Shown: in pieces, positions 26,546 through 35,571 of the stretch
How positions within the stretch are numbered: the first letter of the stretch is position 1
Layout: each line of letters begins with the position of its first letter
Assembly: GCA_964554805.1 (NCBI GenBank)
Contig: CAZKPX010000001.1
Location: 48,245-112,244, forward strand
Reading direction: 5' to 3'
DNA length: 64,000 bases
From: an uncultured Candidatus Saccharibacteria bacterium
GTDB taxonomy: Bacteria > Patescibacteriota > CAZHWT01
Translations under genes and position numbers: made by a program
Notes under the pieces: model-generated
Database searches by the model: none
Seen by the model: the letters and a program-made list of their open reading frames with translations, nothing else
Told to the model about the DNA's origin: nothing

Positions 26546-27955
26546 CTAAGCGCCTCCCTGTTGGACTTGAGGGGTTGATTTGACCGGACGATTTGTGCCG
26601 TAGCCAGGGATTTTGACTCCGGATTTGGTTGGCGAGGATGGGCCGCCGTACATGGTACGAAGCAAGGTTCGACTGACGACAACAGCGGTGAACATTGATA
26701 CCAGCACGCCTAAGCCGAGAGTTAGGGCGAATCCACGAACCATGCCGGTACCGAATAAGTATAATATAACACAGGTTATGAGTGAGGATACATTGGAATC
26801 ACGAATTGACGGCCAGGCTCGATTAAAACCTATCTCGATGGCGGCGCGGAACTTATTGCCTCGTCGAATTTCTTCTCTCATTCGTTCAAAGATTAAGATG
26901 TTGGCATCCACAGCCATACCGATAGCCAGAATAAAACCAGCTACACCGGCCATAGTTAAGGTAATTGGAATGAGTTTGACTAAGGCTAGGTTAAATAAGG
27001 TATACAAGATGAGCGCGATATTGGCAACGAGGCCTAGCTTGCCATAGTTGAGCACCATGAAGATCATAACTAAAAGCAAACCAACAGCTCCAGCAACAAT
27101 GCTTTGATTAATTGATGCCTGGCCCAATGTAGCCCCAATGGTGCGCTGCTCTACTACAGAGATTGGTACTGGCAATGCTCCGGCTGATAGCTGAGATGCC
27201 AACTGTTTGGCCGTTTGGATTGTAAATCCGCCATTGACCACAGCTCGGCCATCCAGAATGGCTGTTTGAACATTTGGGGCAGCCACAGCCATGCCATCAA
27301 GGAAGATGACTAAAGGCTGACCAACCAATCTGCTGGTTAAATCAGCAAATTTTGTCTTGCCTTCATCAGTAAAGACTATGGCTACCATTGGCTCTGTGCC
27401 TTGAGTGGTATCTACTGTTGCACTATCTAGATCACTGCCGCTCAGCCCCGTGGCTATGGTATTTTCTAGGGTGGGATAGGTGTTGGCTGCATTGGCAGGA
27501 TCTGCAGACTCGCGGAACTCGAGCTTGGCGGTTTGACCAACTAAGGCTACTGCTTGAGCGGTATCTGTTACTCCTGGTAGTTCAACAATTACCCGATAAT
27601 CATCGCCTGCTCTGGCTGGTTGGACTACAGCTTCGGTGGCGCCGGTGAAATTGACGCGATTTTCTAAGACAGTAACCGCAGCGTCAGAGGCAGCCTGTCG
27701 ATCGGAAGCGTCGATATCTGTCATATCAAGGCTTAGCACTACCTGGGTGCCACCTTGCAAATCTAGGCCCTGACGGACATTTATTTCTTTAAAAATCGGC
27801 CAGCCTATCCCTGATAAGTCCAAGTTGGGACTTTGGATGGTTTGGTTGACTTTCCATGACCCTATCTGAAAATTGAGAGGGATATTGGGAATATCAATAA
27901 CGAGGGCTACTAATGTTAGAGCCACGATGGCCCACAAGGTTTTGCGTGTATTCAT
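26546..27955 (-). CDS. secD: Protein-export membrane protein SecD.
   Basis: N-terminal TM, periplasmic domain and a C-terminal six-TM core with SecD motifs. Confidence 0.85.
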   Translation of the reverse strand: MNTRKTLWAIVALTLVALVIDIPNIPLNFQIGSWKVNQTIQSPNLDLSGIGWPIFKEINVRQGLDLQGGTQVVLSLDMTDIDASDRQAASDAAVTVLENRVNFTGATEAVVQPARAGDDYRVIVELPGVTDTAQAVALVGQTAKLEFRESADPANAANTYPTLENTIATGLSGSDLDSATVDTTQGTEPMVAIVFTDEGKTKFADLTSRLVGQPLVIFLDGMAVAAPNVQTAILDGRAVVNGGFTIQTAKQLASQLSAGALPVPISVVEQRTIGATLGQASINQSIVAGAVGLLLVMIFMVLNYGKLGLVANIALILYTLFNLALVKLIPITLTMAGVAGFILAIGMAVDANILIFERMREEIRRGNKFRAAIEIGFNRAWPSIRDSNVSSLITCVILYLFGTGMVRGFALTLGLGVLVSMFTAVVVSRTLLRTMYGGPSSPTKSGVKIPGYGTNRPVKSTPQVQQGGA

Positions 27956-28018
27956 AGTCTTTTAAATCTGTCAGGTAGTATAAGCAATTGATTACGGATG
28001 CGCAACAGGCGAGTACCT

Positions 28019-28396
28019 TTATTTGATGGGGCTACTGCCAGACGACTGGTAGAGAACCTTGCCCTCTTCAAGTATGTCTTGGATAAAACCGTCTCCTTGT
28101 CGTTGCAGCAGCTCTACTTCTTCTGGAGTGTAAACTAAGGGGGCAATATTAGGCAAGACATCGGAAGTAACTGCAATGGCTTTTTTGATTCGCTGTAGAA
28201 ATCGCGTTCCACCAACAGACTCAGTGACGATTAAGACATCGACACTAGATTCCGGGCGCGCATGGCCTCGAGTCAGACTTCCAAATAGATAAATACTATC
28301 CGGCTTGAATTCGGCAATTAACTTATTGACGGCGTCGTCGAGCTGTTGACGAAACGCTGCACCTGTTGATAAATATCGACTGCTTCGGCTAGACAT
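28019..28396 (-). CDS. Minimal nucleotidyltransferase (MNT) of a HEPN/MNT toxin-antitoxin pair.
   Basis: IYLFGSLTRGHARPESSVDVLIV is the GS...D.D polymerase-beta nucleotidyltransferase motif. It overlaps the HEPN gene 3' end, so the start is uncertain. Confidence 0.65.
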   Translation of the reverse strand: MSSRSSRYLSTGAAFRQQLDDAVNKLIAEFKPDSIYLFGSLTRGHARPESSVDVLIVTESVGGTRFLQRIKKAIAVTSDVLPNIAPLVYTPEEVELLQRQGDGFIQDILEEGKVLYQSSGSSPIK

Positions 28397-28752
28397 TCTT
28401 CAGCATCCTCCTTTTCTATAAATTCATGTGGACTTACTTTTTCGGCTGGAATAGCAAATGGATACCGGGAAACAAAGGTGGCTGCCTCTAGTGAGGAGAC
28501 CGAGACCCTGACTTGATCGCGAACCCTGTCATCCAGATGATTGGCCAACCCTAATAATCCACCCAAACGGTGACCTCGAGGAGCGATGCCATCCAGATGG
28601 ATGAGCAGCCCCTTCAGTGCTTTCTCGGCTGACTGTTGAGCTTGAAAACTAGCCCATTCAAAATAGCCATGATCCATGCTGAGTCGGGCTGCTTCCAGAT
28701 CAAATCCCGATTGCTTCATCCACGCTTCGAATTTGGCTCGTTTGTTTACCAT
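28318..28752 (-). CDS. HEPN-domain protein, partner of the MNT.
   Basis: The HEPN helix AEKALKGLLIHLDGIAPRGHRLGGLLGL contains the R-x4-6-H-like motif. Its start abuts the stop of the upstream wHTH gene. Confidence 0.65.
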   Translation of the reverse strand: MVNKRAKFEAWMKQSGFDLEAARLSMDHGYFEWASFQAQQSAEKALKGLLIHLDGIAPRGHRLGGLLGLANHLDDRVRDQVRVSVSSLEAATFVSRYPFAIPAEKVSPHEFIEKEDAEECLAEAVDIYQQVQRFVNSSTTPSIS

Positions 28753-29360
28753 TAGCGCTCCATTTTAACGAATTCTTCTTCATCGCCAATGAGGTTAATC
28801 CAGGTTTGCTGCATAAATCCAGTCAAAAATGGATCGCGGCGGCTTTTGCGGAACTGGAACTCCTCTTCGGTCATGATGGTGTAATTTATCTCATGGCCAT
28901 GACGCTGCTGCGACTCTTTGACTAAATCAGAAAGAGCGGTGCTATTTAAACGTCCTACAAGGAGTAGGTCTACTTCGTGTTGGCGAGCAACGCGACCTTT
29001 GACAAATGCTGCGGATAAGACGGCGTGTTTGACTTTGCCTAGTTCATTGGCATGCTGAACAATATCCCCGCCTAAATCAGTGGTCTTGGCGAACATACGC
29101 AGCAATTCGGGATAGAATGAAAAGTCGGTCCGCAGTTGGTAATAGAGCCTGTTGGCTCGTTCCTCTGACCGCAACAAGCCGATCTTGTGAAGTCGTGTTA
29201 ATTCTCGACGGACAGCGTTTACTTCTTCGTCAACCAAGCGAACGAGTTCTCGGACATACAAGAGAGAGCCAGGATTGATCAGGAAGACTTGAAGCAGCTT
29301 GAGCCTGACCTTGGAGATGAAGAGTGCTTCAAGTGATTTATTGAGAGGAGATGTGGACAT
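28752..29360 (-). CDS. wHTH transcriptional-regulator-like protein with a degenerate nucleotidyltransferase-like C-terminal region.
   Basis: N-terminal ArsR-like wHTH (LYVRELVRLVDEEVNAVRRELTRLHKIGLL). The C-terminus (AAFVKGRVARQHEVDLLLVG) lacks the GS motif. Confidence 0.45.
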   Translation of the reverse strand: MSTSPLNKSLEALFISKVRLKLLQVFLINPGSLLYVRELVRLVDEEVNAVRRELTRLHKIGLLRSEERANRLYYQLRTDFSFYPELLRMFAKTTDLGGDIVQHANELGKVKHAVLSAAFVKGRVARQHEVDLLLVGRLNSTALSDLVKESQQRHGHEINYTIMTEEEFQFRKSRRDPFLTGFMQQTWINLIGDEEEFVKMER

Positions 29361-29529
29361 AGATTGCGTAAATACCTTTTTATTGCCTAGCGATGAGTAA
29401 TTATTATACTCTTATTTTTACTTGATTTATGGCTTGCCTGTCAATGATAACCTAAACTAGAAGGCGGAAACAAGAAGTTGCCTGCATGCAGTTGCTTACT
29501 TACTATGCTCATGTCCTATCTTTGACCGG

Positions 29530-29564
29530 TTGACGAGCACCGCAATGGACTATAGAATACTGAC
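29530..29564 (+). promoter_or_regulatory. Promoter TTGACG-17-TAGAAT with the ATG 6 nt downstream (leaderless).
   Basis: ggTTGACG-agcaccgcaatggacta-TAGAAT-actgac-ATG. Confidence 0.4.
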
Positions 29565-29894
29565 ATGCCTCAGGTACGAAAAACACGACAACAAAAAGTA
29601 CAGCACCGTCAACGTCAGGCCGCTACCCCTTCTCGAGATGCAGGGGCAGTCGATGCAGTGCCGGTGTCGAATAACGCTATTATCGCTAATGAATTAGCCA
29701 AGCCTAACCTGGCTATTGATGCTCATATTCAAGCTACATATACATACGCTTGGGAAGAACTACGCCGGATCGGCTGGATTAGTTTGGTGTGTCTAGGACT
29801 GCTGCTTGTAGCTAGCCTACTGTTGTCTGAGATCCCGGCTATAGTTGAGCTGCGGAACACTCTCAGTTTGCCAAATCTGTCACCGTTTAATTAA
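29565..29894 (+). CDS. Hypothetical protein with a C-terminal TM segment.
   Basis: 109 aa with a basic N-terminus and a hydrophobic C-terminus. Confidence 0.4.
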   Translation: MPQVRKTRQQKVQHRQRQAATPSRDAGAVDAVPVSNNAIIANELAKPNLAIDAHIQATYTYAWEELRRIGWISLVCLGLLLVASLLLSEIPAIVELRNTLSLPNLSPFN

Positions 29895-30530
29895 ATTTTT
29901 TAAAAGCTGTTGTATTTGCATTGAGTTTGTAAAGCCAGCCTGACGGGCTTCGCTTTCAGTGCAATACCACGATATAAGCTTGGTGTTGTTCTTGAATTTT
30001 TCCAGATACGATTGATATAAATCCTTATGCAAGGGGGTAAAGTAGACCTTGGCGCTACTTAAGCTAATGCCGAAGATTTTCTTGATCTGGCTTCCACTAA
30101 ATTGACATTTAACTGCTGGTTGTGACGGAGCTTGAGGACTAACAGCAGGAGGCTGATTCACGTCCTTTGGGTTTGTGTTGAGGATGGCTGACGCTGACCC
30201 ACCTGACAATGGCTGCTCGGCGTCCTGAACTGATTGAACGCTTGGTGGCTGATTATCATCCAGCTGAGCGGACTCGGATGCAGATTGGGAGGAATTCGGT
30301 ATAGCGATTGACGCGGAATCAGTAGCTTGGGCACCAAGCAAGGGCGTTGATTCTTGGCTATAGTCTTGGTTATAGCTATCAAGTTGAATCTTAGGTGAAA
30401 AAATATAAGAAATGACCATGACTATAAAAAGTCCGGCAAAGGCGCTAATGGTTAGCCATTTCAATTTATTAGGTAAGAGCTCACTTGATGGAGACATATT
30501 TCCTATTTTGACTTGGAACTTGATACTCAT
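29880..30530 (-). CDS. Membrane-anchored Ser/Pro/Gln-rich hypothetical protein.
   Basis: N-terminal TM segment, low-complexity middle and a conserved-looking C-terminus (WYCTESEARQAGF). Confidence 0.4.
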   Translation of the reverse strand: MSIKFQVKIGNMSPSSELLPNKLKWLTISAFAGLFIVMVISYIFSPKIQLDSYNQDYSQESTPLLGAQATDSASIAIPNSSQSASESAQLDDNQPPSVQSVQDAEQPLSGGSASAILNTNPKDVNQPPAVSPQAPSQPAVKCQFSGSQIKKIFGISLSSAKVYFTPLHKDLYQSYLEKFKNNTKLISWYCTESEARQAGFTNSMQIQQLLKNLIKR

Positions 30531-30701
30531 AGTACCATATTATTTTATACTCTATCAAGCAATCGCTTATGCTTCTCAATGTTAGTAAGCTTGCCGATGC
30601 TGACCTGGCTTGTCAGTCTCTCATCTATGCTTGTCTGTTGACGTATGATTTAGTTTTACGTATGTTCTGACCAGACGACTACCTGCCCAGATAGGATTTG
30701 T

Positions 30702-32225
30702 ATGCTGGCGAATGTTATGACAGGGGCCATTTGCGGCCTGGAATCTGTGCCGGTGACTGTGGAAGTGGATGTGGCTAAGCAATCATTCCCCGGATTTACG
30801 ATGGTAGGCTTGCCCGATAAATCCACCGATGAGGCAAAAGAACGCGTTAGGTCGGCACTTTACAATAGCGGAGCAACTTTTCCCCAACATCGCATTACTG
30901 TAAATTTGGCGCCGGCTGACCTACCCAAAAATGGTCCATCATTTGATTTGCCAATTGCAGTCGGCCTTCTGATAGCTTCTGGGCAAGTTAGCTGCACTAT
31001 TGAGTCATGCTGGTTCTTCGGTGAACTTTCTTTAAATGGTGGGCTACGCCCTGTAACTGGCATGCTAGCGCTGGCGGCTCTGGCTAAACAGGAAGGAGCT
31101 CGCTCATTATTTGTGCCCAAGGATAATGCTGCAGAAGCGGCTGCCATTGAAGATATGGCTGTCTATGGCATTGAAACACTAGGCCAACTTGTTCTTCATT
31201 TAACCAATACTGCACCAGCCACAGCGTATGTGTGTCAGCCATGGATGGAGGCGGTTGAAGGTTTGACTGATCAGGTTGATATGGCAGATATCCTTGGTCA
31301 AGAGCAATCAAAAAGGGCTTTGGAGATTGCTGCGGCAGGTGGGCACAATATCCTGCTGGAAGGCTTGCCGGGTAGCGGAAAAACATTGTTAGCCAAAGCG
31401 TTTGCCAGTATTTTGCCGCCGCTGACAACGGCTGAATCTCTTGAAATCAGCACTATACATAGCGTGTGCGGGCTACTTGGTACAAATCCATTGATACGCC
31501 AACGGCCATTTCGTAGCCCTCACCATACTACGAGCAGTATTGGAATGATCGGCGGAGGGAGCAATCCGAAGCCTGGTGAAGTTAGTCTGGCCCACAAAGG
31601 CGTACTTTTTCTGGATGAGTTTGCAGAGTTTCCTCGGTCGGTACTAGAGGTGCTTAGACAACCAATGGAGGATGGCTTGGTTACTGTTAGCCGCGCCAAA
31701 GCTAGCTACACTTTCCCGGCACGGTTTCAGCTGCTCGCTGCCCAAAACCCCTGTCCTTGCGGGCATTTAGGCGATCCCCATCGCGATTGTCTGTGTAATC
31801 CACGGCAGATCGCTCTGTATCGCAAGCGTGTTTCCGGACCGCTGCTGGACCGCATTGATTTGTTTGTCAAAGTTCCCCGAGTTGATGATAAGCATTTTGC
31901 TCATTTGGGACAAAGTACGGCTGAAAGCTCGGCTAGTATCAGGCAAAGAGTTGCGGCTGCTCGGGCTATCCAGCTTGAGAGATTGCAATCGACCAGACTA
32001 ACTAGCAATGCCGAAATGTCGACTAATCAGCTTAAGGTTTGGTGCAAGATGGGACCGATGCAGACTGAACTACTTCAAAAAGCCAGCCAGAAGTTGCAGC
32101 TGTCCGCTCGATCATATTTCCGAGTCATGAGGTTGTCGCGGACTATTGCTGACTTGGCTGGTAGTGCTGAGATTGAAACGGCTCATATTGCTGAGGCTTT
32201 GCAGTATAGGAGAACTGAGAACTAG
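30702..32225 (+). CDS. comM: YifB/ComM family Mg-chelatase-like AAA+ ATPase.
   Basis: N-terminal ChlI-like domain (VEVDV...GFTMVGLPD), Walker A GLPGSGKT and a C-terminal Mg-chelatase domain. Confidence 0.8.
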   Translation: MLANVMTGAICGLESVPVTVEVDVAKQSFPGFTMVGLPDKSTDEAKERVRSALYNSGATFPQHRITVNLAPADLPKNGPSFDLPIAVGLLIASGQVSCTIESCWFFGELSLNGGLRPVTGMLALAALAKQEGARSLFVPKDNAAEAAAIEDMAVYGIETLGQLVLHLTNTAPATAYVCQPWMEAVEGLTDQVDMADILGQEQSKRALEIAAAGGHNILLEGLPGSGKTLLAKAFASILPPLTTAESLEISTIHSVCGLLGTNPLIRQRPFRSPHHTTSSIGMIGGGSNPKPGEVSLAHKGVLFLDEFAEFPRSVLEVLRQPMEDGLVTVSRAKASYTFPARFQLLAAQNPCPCGHLGDPHRDCLCNPRQIALYRKRVSGPLLDRIDLFVKVPRVDDKHFAHLGQSTAESSASIRQRVAAARAIQLERLQSTRLTSNAEMSTNQLKVWCKMGPMQTELLQKASQKLQLSARSYFRVMRLSRTIADLAGSAEIETAHIAEALQYRRTEN

Positions 32226-32332
32226 GACTAGGACTAGGACTAGAACTGAGAACTAGAACTAGAACTGGAACTGGAACTAGAACTGAGAACTAGGACTAGG
32301 ACTAGGACTAGGACTAGGACTAGGACTAGGAA
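32211..32332. repeat. Imperfect 6-7-nt tandem repeat (GRACTR / GAACTGA units), about 120 bp.
   Basis: actaggactaggactagaactgagaactagaactagaactggaactggaactag... It starts within the last codons of comM and is followed at 32358-32371 by an inverted copy, cctagttctagttc. Confidence 0.8.
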
Positions 32333-32410
32333 GGGATTGTAGCGGCTAGTGGCACCTCCTAGTTCTAGTTCTTGCCCTGCCATCAAAGGTGGCTATGTTA
32401 TACTACTGTT

Positions 32411-32784
32411 GTCTTAAGCAGGCTGGTTGGTCGCGCTGAGTAATCAGCGAGGAAAGTCCAGACTGCATAGAGCAAGTGACGGAGCGTAAGCTCCGACGGG
32501 TAACCGCTGGTGTTTTAGACTTTTTCCCCGATTTATTCGGGGTTAACTCACATGTGGGTCTAAAAACGGAGGGTGAATTGACACCTTTCGAGAGCAACAG
32601 AGACGAGTGAGTATGAAACGGGCAATCCCAGCTGCAGCAACCTCCGACTGCTCCGCTATCAGCCTGCTCGGCGAGGAGCGAAGACGAGGGCACCTTGGAA
32701 CGCGAGGACCAGGTTGCGCTTTTTAGCGCAAAGATAGATGACACAACTAAAACAAAATCTGGCTTACAGGTCTGCTTAAGACAT
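32411..32784 (+). ncRNA. rnpB: RNase P RNA (bacterial).
   Basis: P1 pairs gtcttaagcag with ctgcttaagac. It has a P3 hairpin (cgctga-gtaa-tcagcg) and the P4 GAGGAAAGTCCAGAC. The 3' ACAAAATCTGGCTTACAG matches the conserved ACAGAAcccGGCTTA. Candidate promoter at about 32366-32395. Confidence 0.8.
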
Positions 32785-32785
32785 A

Positions 32786-32815
32786 AAAATACCCCAACTT
32801 ATGGGGTATTTTTAT
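32786..32815. terminator. Bidirectional terminator for rnpB and the convergent P-type ATPase.
   Basis: AAAA-AATACCCCA-actta-TGGGGTATT-TTTT. Confidence 0.55.
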
Positions 32816-32847
32816 GTATCAAACCTTATTACTTACCTTACACGCTC

Positions 32848-35529
32848 TTAACGTGTGCGGCGGCGGACAATATACTTACGTATTTCTTCGACTACAATTA
32901 AGCTGAGCGATAGGCAAGCAATTACTATCCAATCGGTTAGAGACAGTGGCATGACTCTCAAGATATCCCGACCGAAGGGAGTATAAGGAATGCCAACTTG
33001 TAAGACTATGCCGAAGATAACTGACCAGAAAAGGAATTTATTTTTTAGCCAGGTTGTAAACATTGAGGCTGTGGCTGATTGAGAATTGAAAGCATTGGCT
33101 AGCTGGAACATAACAAGCTGAGCCAAAGCCATGGTTTGAGCGTACAGGATATTGCCGGTTGTCTGCCAGGCAATAAAGAAGACTAGGAAACTGCCTCCGC
33201 CGATCCATAAGCCCAGCCAAATAATGCGGGCCGCCATAGCTTTGTTGATGAGATAGAGCTTATTACCATCCGGTTTCTGGCTGACCAATGATTCTTCGCG
33301 AGGCTCAAAAATAAGCGAGGTGTCAGGCAAGCCACTAGTCACAAGATTCATCCATAGTAGCTGCGAGGCATTGACAGGTACCGGTAGCCCAAACGCAAAG
33401 GATGTCGTAACCACCAACATTCCACTGGCATTGGTAGATAGGAGGAACGTAATCATTTTGCGAATATTGGCCACCAAGCTTCGGCCTTCATAGACTGAAG
33501 CCACGATGGCGCTGAACTGATTGGAGGTTAATACCAAATCAGAGGCTTCTCTGGCTACATCAGTGCCGCCTTTGCCCATGGCTACGCCAATATCCGCGCC
33601 AACCAGAGCTGGGGCATCATTAACGCCGTCACCTGTCATGGCCACTATTTCTCCACCTTGCATCTTGAGGACTTCGACGATTTTCTGCTTATGTTGTGGG
33701 GCAACTCTGGCACAAACGGCCGTCTCTTTTAAACGGGCGTACAGCTCGTCTGGCTGCAACGATTCTATATCTGCGCCAGTTACCACTTTATCTGACTTAA
33801 GACCAAGAGATTTGGCAATTGATTGGGCGGTCAGCGCATGGTCGCCGGTAATCATCATGACCTTGACTCCAGATTTTTGAATTTGCTTAATAGCTTTGTC
33901 TACCCCCGGCTGTAATGGGTCAACAAAACCAGCAAGCCCAACAAAACCCAGCTGATTAACCGGTTGGTCTACTGGCTTGTGAGGGTCATAGTCCCCTTCT
34001 TTGTAGGCAAAGGCCATCATACGCAAGCCGGTAGCGGCCTCCTGACTGGCAGTGTCAAGCCATTGTTGCTTAGTGGCGGCGGTAAACTTGACCTTACGGT
34101 CTCCAACCCATTCAAAGCTGCATAATTCAATTACTTCGGTAGGAGCTCCTTTGACTGCGACTAATTCTTGCTTATCTGATTGATGAATAGTAACCATATA
34201 GCGAAGCTCAGAGGAGAATGGTACTTCGGCTATTTTGGGGTACTGGTTTTCTAGTTGCACCAGATCAAGATTTTGTTCGGTGGCTAGTACCTTTAAAGCT
34301 CCCTCGAGTGGGTCGCCAATGGTGACAGTGCGCCCATCTTTTTCAATAATGTGCGAGGTGTTGCAGAGGGCCCCGATCAGCGCTAGCTTCTTGGCTTGTT
34401 CGGTGGCCATTTGCCGGTCCTGCTTGTTGTATGAGCCACTTTCAACCTGCCAACCGGGCACCTCATCAACCGATCGCATCAATTGCAAACCCAGACAATA
34501 GAGGTGGGTTGCGGTGAGCTCATTTTTGGTTAAGGTACCTGTTTTATCAACAGCTAAGATGGTGGTAGAACCCAGCGTTTCGGCTGAAGCGAGATTGCGG
34601 AGTATTGAGCCTTGTTTTGCCATTCTCCAGGCGGCGACTGCCAAGGCAATGGTTACTCCCAGGGTTAGTCCTTCAGGCACCACTGACACCATCAGGCTGA
34701 CCGTTACCAAGAATAGTTCGTATGGTTGATAGCCGCGAAGCAATCCGATGGCAAAAACTCCAATTGATAAGACTGGCACGATTGAAACGAGCCATTTAGC
34801 CAAACTGCCGAGCCTCTTCTCGAGGAGTGTTTTGCTAATTTCCTTGTCGCTGACTTCTTTGGCAATGTTACCAAGCTCAGTATCGGCCCCTACTGCTACA
34901 ATCAGTGCCATGCCGTGACCGGCACCGACAAAACTACCTGAAAAGACCATATTCGTCTGCTCAGCAATCAAGGTGGCCCCTTTGGTGACTCCTAGCTCTT
35001 TACTGGCCAGCGTGGCCTCGCCAGTTAAAAGTGACTCATTGAGTCGCAGATCGGCCGCTTCAATCAATCGCCCATCGGCCGCTATCTTGTCGCCTGCTTC
35101 AAAAACTAGAATGTCTCCAACCAGAACCTCGTCCGAATCAACTAGCTGCTCTTGGCCATCTCTAACCAGTCGAGCCTTGGAGCCTTGCATGTTTTTTAGT
35201 TGATCGATAGCCTTGCTGGCGCGGACTTCTTGAACAACGCTCATCAAGGTGTTGAGAACGATGGTCAGGGCTATCATGAATGACTCGATGTACTCGTGGA
35301 GCAATAGCGTGATGACCGTGGCTACTATTAAAAGGACAATAATTGGCGATGTCAGCGCTGCCTTGAGAGACTCCAGCCAAACAATCTTGTTTGACTTGGG
35401 GAGAACATTAGAGCCAAACTTTAGCTGTTGCGACTCGATCTGGTCGGATGACAGGCCATTTTTAAGTGAAGTTTGGTAATTTTTTTCTAATTGAGAAAGT
35501 GAGGCTGTGTGCGGGAGGAATTCAGGCAT
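32848..35529 (-). CDS. Cation-transporting P-type ATPase, type II and probably Ca2+-transporting.
   Basis: DKTGTLT phosphorylation site, TGDGVNDAPAL hinge, TGES actuator and ten TM segments. Length 893 aa. Confidence 0.85.
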   Translation of the reverse strand: MPEFLPHTASLSQLEKNYQTSLKNGLSSDQIESQQLKFGSNVLPKSNKIVWLESLKAALTSPIIVLLIVATVITLLLHEYIESFMIALTIVLNTLMSVVQEVRASKAIDQLKNMQGSKARLVRDGQEQLVDSDEVLVGDILVFEAGDKIAADGRLIEAADLRLNESLLTGEATLASKELGVTKGATLIAEQTNMVFSGSFVGAGHGMALIVAVGADTELGNIAKEVSDKEISKTLLEKRLGSLAKWLVSIVPVLSIGVFAIGLLRGYQPYELFLVTVSLMVSVVPEGLTLGVTIALAVAAWRMAKQGSILRNLASAETLGSTTILAVDKTGTLTKNELTATHLYCLGLQLMRSVDEVPGWQVESGSYNKQDRQMATEQAKKLALIGALCNTSHIIEKDGRTVTIGDPLEGALKVLATEQNLDLVQLENQYPKIAEVPFSSELRYMVTIHQSDKQELVAVKGAPTEVIELCSFEWVGDRKVKFTAATKQQWLDTASQEAATGLRMMAFAYKEGDYDPHKPVDQPVNQLGFVGLAGFVDPLQPGVDKAIKQIQKSGVKVMMITGDHALTAQSIAKSLGLKSDKVVTGADIESLQPDELYARLKETAVCARVAPQHKQKIVEVLKMQGGEIVAMTGDGVNDAPALVGADIGVAMGKGGTDVAREASDLVLTSNQFSAIVASVYEGRSLVANIRKMITFLLSTNASGMLVVTTSFAFGLPVPVNASQLLWMNLVTSGLPDTSLIFEPREESLVSQKPDGNKLYLINKAMAARIIWLGLWIGGGSFLVFFIAWQTTGNILYAQTMALAQLVMFQLANAFNSQSATASMFTTWLKNKFLFWSVIFGIVLQVGIPYTPFGRDILRVMPLSLTDWIVIACLSLSLIVVEEIRKYIVRRRTR

Positions 35530-35571
35530 GGGCAGTGTCTGGCGGTTATGGATCGATTTTGATTTATGTTT

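Noticed and set aside
32403-32901. Track ORFs 32403..32744 (-) and 32695..32901 (+).
   Set aside because: Both lie entirely within or overlap the RNase P RNA gene and its terminator. They are spurious.
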